Shown here in pieces: positions 23,452 to 37,324 of a stretch of DNA of 64,000 nt; position 1 is the first letter of the stretch; each line of letters starts with the position of its first letter. Position numbers and translations under genes: made by a program. Source of the stretch: Lama glama (Eukaryota). Under the pieces are notes generated by a model. That model made no database searches and was not told where the DNA came from. It saw only the letters and a list, made by a program, of their open reading frames with translations. The DNA is taken from contig CM052823.1 in NCBI GenBank assembly GCA_028534125.1, positions 66,836,001 through 66,900,000 of the forward strand, read 5' to 3'.

Positions 23452-25790
23452 ATACATAAGAACAAAAACATTCTATTCACAACAAAAAAATTGTTGATTC
23501 AGTCAAAGTTTCAGGCAAGGAAGAGAAAAAATGTGGTAGCTCAAGGTAGGAATTTGAAATTCAGAACAACACTTAAAAAATTGTATCTTTTTAAGTCATG
23601 ACCCTTATTATAGGCGTGGCAAGAGCCAGGAACTCAAATCATTGACCTTCTCCCTTCTATAGATAAGAAAAGTCTTTGCTTTCTTGTACTTTCAAAAATG
23701 TCCAGCATCGGGCTGCATGAAGAGAGCCACTCAGATACCAGTGATACTTTGCACTTTCTCGTGTTTGATCCCTTTGCTTCTTGCATTCTTTTCTGTTTGC
23801 TTTAGGAGCATGAGTTACTCAACTGCTTATTCCTCAAATGGTTTCACCTGCAGGTGGACAGATAGCTTAGGACAAGTAAATTCAAACCACATAGCCTCAG
23901 GAAGCCCTGAATGTCTTTAGACGTGCTGAATTTAGAGCCACAGTTCTTTTTCCTTAAGGATCCCTGCATAAGGGCAATGCTGGCATATACATTTAGATAG
24001 TTCTTTTTCTTTCTTTCTTTTTTCTTGTAGGGGAAAGGATAGCATAGATATGGATGAACACTTATAGCCCCATGGTTTGCCTCCATATGTATGCGCACAC
24101 ATGAACACCTCAGAATGTTCGTGAACTCCCATCAAGAACAGAACTATTTAAAAATTGTAATGTTCCCCATTGACACCTCCGGCTGAAGAGCAATTTTATA
24201 GCATAATTATAATGTACTGCATAATTTGGAAAAGCTTTTGTTCTCATCACGATTATCCTCAGAGAGCTCCTTTTTCATCTTGCCCCTCCCACATTGACTG
24301 AATTAAGAATATCTGACCCTTGAAGGCTGTTTTCCCTTCGCAGAATAAAAACGATGCTTTAAGATGAAGTGCCTAAGTGATGGGTGGGAGAGAAATTTGG
24401 GTACATGATTCACCTCTTTATTGTGGGGAAGGTAATTTACTGTTCTTAAGAATGTTCTTCCTAAGATTTCACTGGGGAAAAAGGACCCATGGGAGAGAAC
24501 TGTAGGCATCAAAAGCCCCCTGAAAGAGGTAAGGTTCCCAATGTGTCCTTGTCCTTGGGCAGGTCTCAGGGCCCCTGGGCTCCAGTTTGTTCATCTTTAA
24601 AATAAGGGAACTAGACCAGAAGCCCCTTAAAATAAACTCTTAAAGACCAGAATGCCATCATCTGGGAACTGAATGTGGGAAGGAGCTAAGAAACTGATTA
24701 GAAATCAACCTCAGATCAATTTTTTATAGACCTTGAAAATGAAAACTTCTGGTTGACGTGGTTCTGACTCAATTCAGTCAGGACAAAGGATTTAGAATAG
24801 TTATGTTTCCAAGCCCTCCAGAAATGCTGCTGATTTTCCTGTAAATGAAAGTGCTGAATTTTACTACTTGGTCACAACCAATAGTCCTCAAAAAAAAAAA
24901 AAGGGAAAAAAATAAAGGCTTCAAAATATACTACCAATGATGAATGATGTATAAAGAACCCATAAAGCTCCTCTTTTTCTTACTAAGCACTGAATTTTGA
25001 AGGAGTTACCGTTTTCCCCAGCCATACCTGGCCTACTAAGGAGGCCATGGTAGAGATGGTAAAACATGCAGAGGGGTTTTAAAGGCTCTTGGAACATCAG
25101 GGGCAGCCAGCATCCATTATAATTCATGAAGGTAACACACACAGGGTAAAACATCGATCACTACAGCAAATTCGAAATGACAACCAATTTTTACCTTACC
25201 CCTCCCTTCCCCTTGTCCCCTGATGTAACGATGTACACTTTTTAGCTGTTCTGGACGTTGTCTCTGTAACTCAATAATGTGCTAACGGTTTTGAGCCTTG
25301 ATTTCTTCACTTTATACAATACTCATTATCTTCTTTCTCTAAAAGGTCAGGATTTAGATCATTCTCACTATCTCCCCACTTCCCAGGCCTTTTCCAATTT
25401 TTCATACTGGCATGGATGTTTGTTCTCTTCATTATTTTTGTAATTTTTAGGTACTATCATTTCTCTTTATTTCTTGTTCTGTAAAACCATGGACCTCTTA
25501 AATGTTCTTACTCTATCAAATTTCCTGACCAGTCCTTGTACAAGATTTGCTTCCTCGTCCCTCTGTTCTTGGTCTTCATCCACCAATTCCTCCAATCTAC
25601 TAGTTTAAATGTCCTCATCCTTGAAGACCTTAACTCAGAATTAAAAGATGGCCATCCTTTAGTCATTCTTACTCCATATTCTCACAACACTAATGTAATA
25701 CTACCGTTTATGGGTTTATCTGTATCTTTTATGATGTAGTCTGCTGGCTCTGACTTCTTGCCCTGATAAACTAATTGAGGGCAGAAGTGA

Positions 25791-26205
25791 TTTTTTTTTT
25801 TTAACTTAAGTATACTCGACTTACAAAGTTGTGTCAGTTTCAGGTGCATAGCGTGGTGATTCAGTCATACGTATATATATTTATCATTATAGGTTATTAC
25901 AAGATATTGACTATAGTTCCCTGTGCTATACAGTAGGACTTTGTTGTTTATCTGTTTTATATATAGTAGTGTGTATCTGCTAATCCCAAATTCCTAATTT
26001 ATCCCTCCCCTTTTATCCCCCTTTGGTAACCATAAGCTTGCTTTCTATGTCTGTGAGTCTGTTTCTGTTTTGTACCCTTTTTTAGACTCCACATATAAGT
26101 GATATCACGTGGTATTTGTCTTTTTCTGTCTGACTTACTTCACTTAGTGTGATAATCTCTAGGTCCATCCACATTGCTGCAAATGGAATTATTTTATTCT
26201 TTCTT
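25791..26205 (-). mobile_element. Young L1 3' end (5'-truncated)
   Basis: Poly-T, tatagttccctgtgctatacagtagg, tccatccacattgctgcaaatgg; TSD agaagtga at 25783-25790 and 26206-26213. Confidence 0.9.
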
Positions 26206-27671
26206 AGAAGTGACTGTCATTTCTATAGTCTTCCCATAGAAGCTTATGCAGACAGAGTTCTGCCCTGTAACTGTGCTCAGAACATGCGGCTGATTAAAAT
26301 TCTAAAGAGACACATTCTTATCCCCAAAACTACTGTTGACAACTTTGAACTGTCAGTGTTCAAGTCACAGTTTTGGGGCGGGGGTGGGGGGAAGAGATTC
26401 TTTCAGCCTAGAAGAGTGCTTCTGTTCACCTTGTGAGAATGTTTATTAACTGATATCTATGGGTCCCAACCATTCCCTGAGAGTCACCACCTTTCTTGGC
26501 AATAAGCCAAATAGGTTGACATTAAGCCCTGCAAGGATTAGATAAAGGCCAGGTGTACTCCATACATTTTTTTGGATGTGGACTTGGTTTTTGTGTTGTC
26601 TGGTATAAGGCCTGATAGTTCTTGGTTTCTGATCCATCTTTTGACCTGGGTAGATGAAAGTCAGGAGCACATATTGGAGGGGATGTTCTTGGAAGAGAAA
26701 GAAAACAACTATGTAACCTTGGTAAGATGGTATGGAGGAAACTAAAGATACTGAAATATTGAAAGGGTAGGAACCTTCTGGGCTGCAGGACAGGCATAAC
26801 ATTCACATCAGCTTAGTAAAATTGGCTTCCCAGTCTTTTGATCCCTTTACTTAGCTCTTACTCACTTTTTGACAAGGTTCATTAGGAAGAATTGAAAGCA
26901 CTAGAGTCTCCAATGTCTTTCAAAAATTATTGAATAAGAATTCAATTCAATTCAATCTAGTCCTAAGTTTTTGAACAGTGGCAACTTATTTGGTTAACAG
27001 AAAGCATCCCATTTCCTGAGTATGGTGGGTCAGAAATTTTATTTATAAACTAGAAAGGAAGTTGTTTCTCCTGTACCTCCTACATTTAATCTACTGTTTG
27101 TGGGTCAGCCATGTGATGGAGGTTGACAATTGCTCTGTGGTGACCCCAAATCAGCATCTTTTTAACTGTGGCCTTGCTCTGACTCACCATTAAAACCTGT
27201 TCTCCATTCACATGTGGGCTGGCTGCTCTGACATTTAAATTTCGTGGTCATAGGAGGCCCTTCCCCACCACTACTCTACAATGACTGAAAGCAATTCCCT
27301 TGCAGTGAGTCTACTGGGAATTCTACTGGGCAAATAAATACTGGCTCTATGTACTATTTTAACTTTGTTTTTTTTGGGGGGGGTGGGGGTGGCAAAAGCA
27401 AAAGCTTGCCTAGGGCTTAGCAGGTGTGACCACAACTACCAGCCCCGTAAAAGGGACGTGGTTATCTCCAGCAGAGGGGCTTCTGAAAATACATGCAGCA
27501 TTTTTCCAGAGTCCATGACTGCTATTCAAGGACATTTTCTGGTAAGTGCCAAAGGAAGTGTTACGTGGGAGGTGGTATACTACAGGCTCACGACCATCTT
27601 GGGGAAGCTGAGCGTGTCTCCTTTATAATGAAAAGCTGGTCTTCAGCTCTGATGGAGGGAGAAGAGTTTCT

Positions 27672-28132
27672 TTTTTTCTCTTTTTTTGTAATTGAAGTGT
27701 AGTTGATTTACAATGTTAGTTTCAGGTATACAGCAAAGTGATTCAGTTATACGTATACATACATATATATATTTTCTTTTCAGATTCTTTTCTGTTATAT
27801 ATTATTATAAGACACTGAATATAGTTCCCTGTGCAATACAGTAGGTCCTTATTGTTTATTTTATATATAGTAATGTGTATTTGTTAACCCTAAACCCCTG
27901 ATTAATCCCTCCCTGCCCTTTTCCCCTTTGGTAATCATAGTCTGTTTACTATGTCTGTGAGTCTGTTTTTGGTTTGTAAATAGAATTTGTACCTTTTTTT
28001 CCCTTCAGATTCCACATGCAAGTGGTATCATATTTGTCATTCTTGGTCTGACTTACTTGTCTCAATATGATCATTTCTAGGTCCATCCATGTTGCTGCAA
28101 ATGGCATTATTTCATTCTTTTTTTTTATGGCT
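27672..28132 (-). mobile_element. Young L1 3' end (5'-truncated)
   Basis: Same L1 3' UTR; TSD gagaagagtttct at 27659-27671 and 28133-28145. Confidence 0.9.
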
Positions 28133-29236
28133 GAGAAGAGTTTCTAATATAGAATCACACAGGTGGAAATAAGTATTTATTGGCTTCTAATATGCTGTCA
28201 GCCTGCCTTAATATTTATCTGAAATACAAACATGACCAAGGAAGAATTAGTCTTTGCAAAGAAAGGCTACTTGGCTGTCCCTCTCAAGCCCTGAGAAAGC
28301 ATGACAGCGGTGAGGCCATTTCCCTCTCAGCTGGCCACCCTGTCCTCTGTCCAGGCAGCTGTGAAAGCTTCACCGGGCGAGTGTCAACCGATCAATACTT
28401 TTGGCTGAGCGTGCTCTGTTCCCAGGGTGACTGCCCAGGATGCCTTAAAAATAATCTCTTCTTTTCACGTGGAGTGGATTTGCAGGTCTGGAGTCTGCAA
28501 AGCCAATTTTCATTTTTAGTCTGATTTGAGCCGATCTCATTAATCAGTCAAGACCTTCTTTTCACACTTGCCTTGGGACACAGAGGGAACCCAGTTATGA
28601 GCTGTTAATTAGCTATTAGGGGACTGGGAAACTTCCAACGGGTCATTATTCACACTGTTTGAGGCTAATACTTATTTAATTAGAACTATTCTGTTCCTGT
28701 AATAAATCCCTAGTTAAAATAAATTTAGCTCAAAATGTCATTTCGGCTTAAAAAGAAACTGGTGGCTAATTCCAATTCTACTGACTTTTAAAGGGACAAA
28801 TGCTTCAATAATTGCTGTCCTGCCAATCCAAGCATAGTGACTAGGAACTGGCTGGAGGTTATAGTTAGGGGAGGAGTATGTGTGTGTGTAGATGGAGAAT
28901 GCTCATGAGACCAAGAAAGTGGGCACCCTTGGGTGCACACCACTCTCCCATATATTTTCTTTAGTCTTTTGAAAATTTTGATGAGAACCCAAGATCTGAT
29001 CATGATAGAGGCAAGCAGGAAGAATGACGTAGAGTAACACCATCCTTACTCACACAGATACCCATGGTACGTGTATCTCTCTTATTATGTGGTCATGCTG
29101 TTTCAAAACCGGGGTCTGCTGAGACACGAAGGGAGGGTGTTGACTAATGAAGTTTCCGGATAGATAAGGGTTCAGCAGAAAGCTTTTTGTTTCTGTTATT
29201 GAAGCTTGTGAAAAAGGAGTTTCTATATTTTCTTCT

Positions 29237-29727
29237 TGTTTCAGTTATCGATGGCTGTAGAACCAACCACTACAAAACTTAGCAGCTAAAAACAACAATC
29301 ATTTTATTTGCAAGTCATGAATTTGGGTACGGCTCAGCTGATTGGTTCTTAGCTCTATATGGAGTCTGCTGGGATTCACTTGGCTGCATTCAAGGTATGA
29401 TCATGTCTGGCATCTCAGTGCACTCCACAGGGTCTGTCTGCCTCTTCCTCTCTCATGACTAATGTAGGCTTCTTCACAGTGTGATGGTCACAGGATAGGC
29501 GAGTCTTACAGGTTGCTGGGTTCTAAAAGGGAGTGCTCCAAGTGGAGTGATGGAAGCTGCACATCTCTTCAGGGCCAGCCTCAGAAGTTATCCAATATCA
29601 CTTCCACTGCATCATGTTAGTTGAAATAGGTCACGTGGCCAGTCTGGATCGTTTAGGGGAAACTGGCTTCATCTCTCAGTGCCCTCCCAGTGATAAGAAA
29701 TTTGTGTCATATTTAAGACACGACACA
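29237..29727 (-). mobile_element. MLT1G/H-like LTR
   Basis: tgtttcagttatcgatggctgtagaaccaaccactacaaaacttagcagctaaaaacaacaatcatt...ggctcagctg. Confidence 0.75.
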
Positions 29728-29822
29728 AAAGTTGCCATATCCAAAACCTGACTTTTGTTTCCTGATTGAAGCTTTTGTGGTGCCTCTCAACCACCAGTTA
29801 CGGGATGCAGGAGATGTGACAT

Positions 29823-30400
29823 ATCCCAGCATCAGTTAAAGATGTCTTCAGCTGTGAAGAACAGACAACCTAAATCAGATCTGTTAACATTATATAAAAA
29901 TTTATTTTTAGGCAGAAAATCCAGAGGTGGAGGGTTGCCTTCAGAGTTGGTGGATCCAGTACTTCACTGATCCCACTAAGTGATGTCTTATTACTATCTC
30001 TCTTCTACGACATTCCCACTATTGGCTTCTTCCTAAGCATCTCTTCTTATGATTGGGTGATGGCCCACAGTGATTGTGGCTGTCTGCTTCCTTGTTCACA
30101 TTCAGTGGGAGAGAGACACACTATTTCTGGTTTTTTCTTAAGAGTAAGAAAGAAGTTTTTAGAAGACCCCAATTTCTCTATGTCTTATTGGCCAGAATTG
30201 GGTCACATGCTCATTTCTGAAATAATTACTGACAAGAGGTATAGGATTATTCTAATACCAGTCTGTCCCATCCTGAACCTGAGAGTGGAATTAGGTTCCC
30301 TAAGAGACAATGGCTACATAGAATAAAAAACCAAGCTGGGTTTATATCAGGAAGAAGGAAGATGGTAACGTTCGGATAGGCAGCCAAGAATGTTATTGCA
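29823..30400 (-). mobile_element. LTR33-family (ERVL) LTR
   Basis: cagttaaagatgtcttcagctgtgaagaacagacaacc...aaatccagaggt...tattggccagaattgggtcacatgc. Confidence 0.65.
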
Positions 30401-30559
30401 TTGCTTCAAAGATAAATCCATGGCATCAATTTATTTTCTTAAGATAGAAAATAAAAATTCCTCTTAGTTGAGGATTCAATTTAGGGAGAAATTATTGGAG
30501 GGTGGGCAACATTATGGAGACAATCCTGTTGAGAATCTTGTTTCTGTACCAAGAGACTA

Positions 30560-30685
30560 ATTTTCTCTCTGAAGTCTCTGTTTCTCTTCTCTAAAATTAG
30601 GATAGTAGTACATGCTTCTTAGGGTCAGGATTAAAAAGCAATAATGTATGTAGGATGCTGAGACAAAATAAATAGCCCTATGCTT
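30560..30685 (+). mobile_element. MIR fragment
   Basis: tctctctgaagtctctgtttctcttctctaaaattaggatagtagtac. Confidence 0.55.
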
Positions 30686-33429
30686 TAGAGCACACAAACA
30701 GGGTCCCCTTGAATGGACAAGGGAATATTTCTGAAGGACTAGGGGGAGAGGGGATGTGGGCACAGTAACTTTTCAAAGCAGAATATAAACATATCTGAAA
30801 GCACAGCCATGTCAACTTTCGCAACGAGAACCATCTGGAGGGGGGAGGGATGGTGATACAAAGCTGGGGCAGATTCCTCTGAGTGTTTCCTCCTCCACAA
30901 CGTTTTTCAGAAGTGAAATAAGGTTACGAAGAGCATCAAGGCAGCTCTGAAGGGGAAGGGGGAGTCATAAAAGGACTGGCTCCAGCTTGGGGACCTGAGT
31001 GTGTGTGATGTGCTCCTTCGGAAAGGGAGTGGGGAAGAGCAGGCCCACCTCCTTGGCCTTGCCTGATGGCCTATTAGGTCGTTAAAGACGGCCTCAACTC
31101 CTCCACACCTCCTACCTTTCTGAGTCACCACTCAGCCCGGGAACCAGTGAGAATGTCCCAAAGCCCAGGCAAGACTCTGGGCTCGTCCTCCCCACTCAAA
31201 GGATGACTGCAATTCCTCTAACTCCTACCGTTTCCCACCTTCTACCATCAAAGCACAGGGTTTGTTTGCTTTTTTCCTTTTTTTTCTTTCAAACATCCCC
31301 TCTCAACACTGGCAGGGCCTTGATGCTCTACAAGTGTATCTGGAAATTAAAGAAAGAGACCCTCAGGGAGGAGAAGTTTCCATCCAGGTATCATTCAGTC
31401 AGAATTCTTTTTTTTCACGTGTGCTACCTCTAGTCAACATGCTAATGTGTTTGATGCTCTATGCGATGTAAAATTACGAGACAATATCTTCTTCAAAGGT
31501 GGAAAACAAGCCTCAGACGTTTCCAACGGCAGTTAAGAGCCACAAAACCCTTTAGACAATTTCTCTAACTTTGATTCTAGCCCAGACGATCTAGAAGAAT
31601 AACTTAAAAAATTCACTTTAAAGAATAGTATTTTGATGCTGCATGTAGCTTTGTTTCAAAATTGAGGCAATTTTGAGTATGTTTTGGGGGTGACATTAAA
31701 CCTGAAATGAATGCCAGAGCCTGGCTAAATTATACCAAAAGACACATAAATCTTTATGAAGTGGAGATCATGAAGCGGCAGGCCATCTGCATGTCCCTTC
31801 CATCTGGTACACAGGTTGTAAGGGAGGTATTATCATCCCATTTCACAGATGAGAAAACGGGTTCCCGGAGTCAACATCAGACATTTAATTTACCAAGTCA
31901 ATTCCAGTTCTTCATGTGTTACACCAGTGGCCTGCTGACACAATAACCTATCTTATTCATGTTTAGCTCCTTGCCCAAATTGGGAAATGTGGGTTCCTAC
32001 CCTTGCACTGTCCCTCATTAATAGGGAGGTGCTGGATAAGCCACCTCCCCTCTGAGTGAATGGGCTGGCCAGATGGTCTCTGAAAGCAGAATCAACTCTG
32101 AAGACCTGAGGCTGCTTTAACTGTGTTGTGTGCCCATCTGAATGCTTGTTTAGTTTAATCCTGCCTATTAGTTCTCCCGAAGTCCGGCGGCTGGGGCAGA
32201 GCCTCACGCAAATGTCTTGGGAGAAAGGAGCCACAAGAATCAGATCTTTGTTGACTCAGAGAGCCACGATCGGCCAAGCCTGCCCTGCATGCAGCACGGA
32301 CGGGCACTCTCTCAGAGAACAGCTTGGGCTGCAGTGTGGGAGGCTTTCATTCCAGCATCCCATCCTCAAATGGTCTGTAGATTGAAAAATCAAGGAGGTT
32401 TCTGTGGAGTCGTTATTAGGAAACCTTACATGTATCTCTAAAAAGGAGTTTGCTGCGCTTGTAACGCTATATATAAACGAGGTCATGCTGGCATGCCCTG
32501 GCTGTTCACAAACTGTCAGAGGTGGAGTCAGGGAGTGAAGCAAGTCCGTAAGATTCACTGGCAAGCTTCTTGGAGACGGGTGGTTTTGGAAAAAAAGGAG
32601 GGGCAGATCCAGGCATGGTAGAGATGTTTGAAATGGGTTTCCTGATTAATGGGAGCTTCAAAGTAGCTGGGGGAGGCAAAAAGCAGAGGACGGACTATGA
32701 AAACAATGAAGATGCTTGTTAAAACTGGCATCAGTAGAAGGTGATAAGAAGTCAACTCGAGGTCTGCTAGATGATGATCAACTTATTTCCTCTGCTTTCT
32801 TTTCTTCCAGGACAGTTGCTTGGGGATGGAGCCTGCATACTGCTATCTAAAGCAGGGGGCTGTACCTCTGCTAACTGGCAGTGGGCCGGGGGGTGGGGGA
32901 GGAAGAGTGGTGCAGATGCTGGAGGCAGATTAAGGAGACATTTCAGCTACCTGAAGGACAGCCACCTTCTCTTATAAACATTTCCTCTCTGTTCATCACC
33001 CCTCTTCTATATTTATTCAACTCACTGAGGGCAGAACTCTGCTTTTTCATTTTAGTTGCAAGCTGGACCTTGAAGGAGGATAAGGCGAACTCTTCAGTAG
33101 CATTTGCCTTGTCGATGCTGTGCTCTGTTAGAGGTGAAGACCTCACACTGCCTGTGGCTATCCAGTAAGGTGCTTGGGGAACAAGGCTGGGAAGGACTCT
33201 TTCTTGTAGAGAACACTTTGAAAGTAAAAGCACAAAATCCATCCTGGACCCTGAATACTCAGGTTTACAAAGTTTTCATGGCAGCAGCTGGTTCTGAGAT
33301 ATGTGGAGTGAAAACCACGTGACCTTGCTGCCAACGTGAAATATACACAATCACAAACCACACTAACCAGCTAGTGTAAAGTGGAGGTAAAGCCCAGCTT
33401 GGTCTAAACTGAAAAACACCTTCATAGGA

Positions 33430-33925
33430 AGGTGTTCTCTCCCCTCAATGGGATGTTCTTTAATGGGATCCAAGATCCAAGGTGATAAGCCTCTTCAATA
33501 GCCTCGGTGATGAGAAACTCACTACTATTCAAGGCACCCCCAATGATCTGCTGTTGAAAGATGTTCTTCTTTATATAGAGCTGAAAACTGCCTCCCAGTA
33601 ATTTCCACCCACAGGTTCTAATTCTGGAACTATATACATAAAATCTACTTCCTCTTCCAGATGACAGCCCTTCTAATATTGTGCGACCATTACCTTGTCC
33701 CTCCTTTTTGTCTCTATTCTTCTGCACAAAAGTGTGTTTTGTAGGTCTGAATTTTCTCAACTGTTCTTCAGTCTTAACTGACATCCAGACCCTTCTTCTG
33801 GAGATGCCCTAGACCGTCAGTGTCCCAACTGAAAAGAACTGCCCCAGAGGAATAAATATTACAGACAGGACTTCCCTGAAGAGAGGCCAAGGAGGCTATG
33901 ATCTCCCTCGGTCTGGCCATTACAT
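33430..33925 (-). mobile_element. L3/CR1 LINE ORF2 3' remnant
   Basis: - frame RIRTCGWKLLGGSFQLYIKKNIF resembles the CR1 C-terminus RTRxNGxKLxxxRFRLDIRKNF. Confidence 0.75.
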
Positions 33926-33944
33926 TGCTATGACGGCTAGTTTA

Positions 33945-34242
33945 TCTCAAAATATGTTAAATGAAAGAAGCCAGACATCAAAGATTACAAACACTATGAT
34001 TCCATTTATATGAAGTCTCAGAAAAAGCAAAACAAACCCATGATGGGAATCAGAAAGTGGTTCCTTTGTTGAGGGGGACAGGTGAATTCACTAAAAAGGA
34101 GCAGAAGGGAACTTTCTGGGGTGATGGAGAAGTTCCTTGTTTTGTTTGGGGTACGGATAATGGTGGTGTAGTTGTCAAAACTCATCCAGCTGATCACCAA
34201 TCTTTGTATTGTACAGTATGTATGTTATACCTCAACACAAAA
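33945..34242 (+). mobile_element. L1ME 3' end
   Basis: tgaaagaagccagaca...tatgattccatttatatgaagt...gggaactttctggggtgatgga. Confidence 0.75.
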
Positions 34243-34869
34243 CTCAGATATTTTTCATATAGCAAACCACCTTTTCCCCTCAAATTTTCTTTCCATTTGT
34301 TCAGCCTGAGGTATTTATAAGACAGCAAAGTGCCACAAATGTATATCAAGAAGAGCAGCTGCGAGCTTTTCTATTGTTAGTCAATTAAGCGTGTACCAAT
34401 TTGCTTTCTCCATCATGTGATTTCACTTTTGTGTATTGAAAGAAGAAAACCAACTAAATCTCAAGCATAAGTAATATTTCAATGCCAGTTACTTTCACAA
34501 AAACAATTGCTCCCTGGTATCTTATTAAAATAGAAGGATTATAAAGATCTTAGAAAAACATCTTTATTGAGCTGAAATAAGACTTAGGCACCCCCCCTTG
34601 CCATGGGGGAGGCAGGATGACTCAAACAAATGCTAATTAAATAAAAGCTAATGATAATTGCTAGGTTTCTCTATAGGTTCTGTGGTGCAAAGAGTAGGTC
34701 TTTTTAAAAAGAAAAGCTAATACTTTTTCATCTAAGATTTCTGACTCTACTCAAAATTCGAACATTAGCTCAACCAACTAAAGCAGCAAGAAGCTGAGGT
34801 TTTCCATAGAGCAGAAAAAACTCTCTTCAGTCAGGAGTGGAATCAATCATCCAAAACAAGCTAAACAAA

Positions 34870-35297
34870 GGCAAGGAAGACCTATAACCCCAGTCTTACC
34901 ACAAGGAAACTGTCAGACAAATCCCAGTAGAGGGGCATCCTGTGATACACCTGACTATTACTCCTCATAACCGTCAAAGTCAGCAAGAGCAAGGAAAGTC
35001 CAAGAAACTTCCACAGTCAAGAGAAGCCCAAGGAGACATGACAGCTAAGTGTAATTGGGTATCCTGGAAGGGATCTCGGGACTGAAAAAAGGACTTGGGG
35101 GAAAACTATGGAGATGGAGTACAACATGAACTTTAGTAAATAATAATGTATAAATCTCAGTTCATTAATAATAACGAAAGTATTATACTAGTGTCAGATG
35201 TCAATAAGAGGGAAAACTGGGTGAGGTGTATATGGGAATGCTCTTTACTATCATCTTGATTTTTCTGTAAATTTAAAATTAAGTCTAAAAAAAAAAA
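34870..35297 (+). mobile_element. L1MD/L1MC3-like 3' end
   Basis: tcagacaaatcccagtagaggggcatcctg...aaggagacatgacagctaagtgtaa...; A tail. Confidence 0.75.
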
Positions 35298-35421
35298 GAT
35301 CACTAGATAGCTTTCATAGCATGGAAAAAATCCAGAAGGTTACACACTGAAAAGTTTTCAGAGGTTATATATCTTCATGGTGGGATTAAAAAGTTTAAAA
35401 AATATTAAAAAAGCCATGAAA

Positions 35422-37020
35422 ACTACCCACAGCAATCTATAGATTTAAAGCAAACCCTATCAAATTACCCAGGACATTTTTCACAGAGCTAGAACAAATA
35501 ATTCTAAAATATGTATCATGAAACATCCGTAATTGGCAAAGCAATACTGAAGAAAAAGAAAGAAGCTGGAGGAATAACCCTCCCAGACTTCAGACAATAC
35601 TACAGAGCTACAGTAATCAAAACAGCACGGTACGGCATAAAAACAGACACAAGGATCAGTGGATCAGAACAGAGAGCCCAGAAATAAACCCACACACCTA
35701 CAGTCAATTAATCTTTGACAAAGGAGGCAAGAATACACAATGGAGAAAAGACAGCCTCTTCAGCAAGTGTTGGTGGGAAAGCTGGACAGCCACATGTAAA
35801 TCAATGAAGTTAGAACACTGTAGCAATGTTCTCCTAGGGCAATCTNNNNNNNNNNNNNNNNNNNNNNNNNNNNNNNNNNNNNNNNNNNNNNNNNNNNNNN
35901 NNNNNNNNNNNNNNNNNNNNNNNNNNNNNNNNNNNNNNNNNNNNNNNNNNNNNNNNNNNNNNNNNNNNNNNNNNNNNNNNNNNNNNNNNNNNNNNGAATA
36001 TACAAACAGCTTACACAATTCAATAACAAAAAAACAAATAGCCCAATCCAAAAATGGGCAGAAGACCTAAAGAAGCAATTCTCTAATGATGACATACAGA
36101 TAGCTAAGAGGCACATGAAAAATGCTCAATATCGCTAATTACCAGACAAATGCAAATCAAAACTACAATGAGGTATCACCTTATACCAGTTAGATAGCCA
36201 TCATTAAAAAGTCCACAAATGATAAATGCTGGANNNNNNNNNNNNNNNNNNNNNNNNNNNNNNNNNNNNNNNNNNNNNNNNNNNNNNNNNNNNNNNNNNN
36301 NNNNNNNNNNNNNNNNNNNNNNNNNNNNNNNNNNNNNNNNNNNNNNNNNNNNNNNNNNNNNNNNNNNNNNNNNNNNNNNNNNNNNNNNNNNNNTTGAAAA
36401 GATGCACGGACCCCAATGTTCATAGCAGTACTATTTACATTAGCCAAACAACTTAAATGTCCATCAGCAGATGAATGAATAAAGAAATCTGGTATATACA
36501 TAGAATGGAATATTACTCAGTCATAAAAAGAATAAAATAAGGCCATTTGCAGCAACATGGGTGGCCCTGGAGATTGTCATACTAAGTGCAGTAAGCCAGA
36601 AAGAGAAAGAAAAATACCATATGATATCACTTACATGTGGAATAAAAAAAAGGACACAAATGAACTTATTTATAAGACAGAGACAAATTCACAGACAAAG
36701 ACAACAAACTTATGGTTATCACGAGGGAAAGGGGTGGGGAGGGATAAATTGGGAGTTTAGGATTTGCAGACACTAGCTACTATATGCAAAACAGATAAAG
36801 AACAAAGTCCTACTGTATATAGCACAGGGAACTATATTCATAGCCTTGTATGGTATCTAATAGCCTATAATGAAGAAGCCTGTAATAGTCTATAATGGAA
36901 AAAACTACGGAAAGGAATATATATCTATATATCTATATATGTACAACTGAATCACTATGCTATATACCAGAAATTAACACAACATTGTAAATTGATTATA
37001 CTTCAGTAAAAAAAAAAAAA
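35422..37020 (+). mobile_element. Young L1, 5'-truncated within ORF2 (two N gaps)
   Basis: [29 protein letters not shown] and [19 protein letters not shown] frames; poly-A; TSD aaaaaagccatgaaa/aaaaaagtcatgaaa. Confidence 0.93.
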
Positions 37021-37324
37021 GTCATGAAAGAAAGCATTCATAACCTGAACCCTTTGCATACTTCTTTGGGTCTGGGGGAGGGCAGTATTAGCTTCTAATC
37101 ACATGCTTTGACTACACACTACTTTTACCACCTGATGATTATGAGATTAAGTTTTGATCCCCAAATCAAACACTCCACGTTTGGGCCAACACTTGGTAAT
37201 GTCAGTCTTTTGGGTAATAGACATTTTAATTTTCATGGTTTTAATTTGCATTTTTTGGAGACAATTGATACTAGAAGTTTTTCATGAATTATTGGCCATT
37301 TATAATTTTCCTCCATAAGTCTTT

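Noticed and set aside
26446-26806. Two overlapping - strand ORFs (118 and 94 aa) as a coding exon
   Set aside because: No recognisable homology; kept only as a possible non-coding terminal exon
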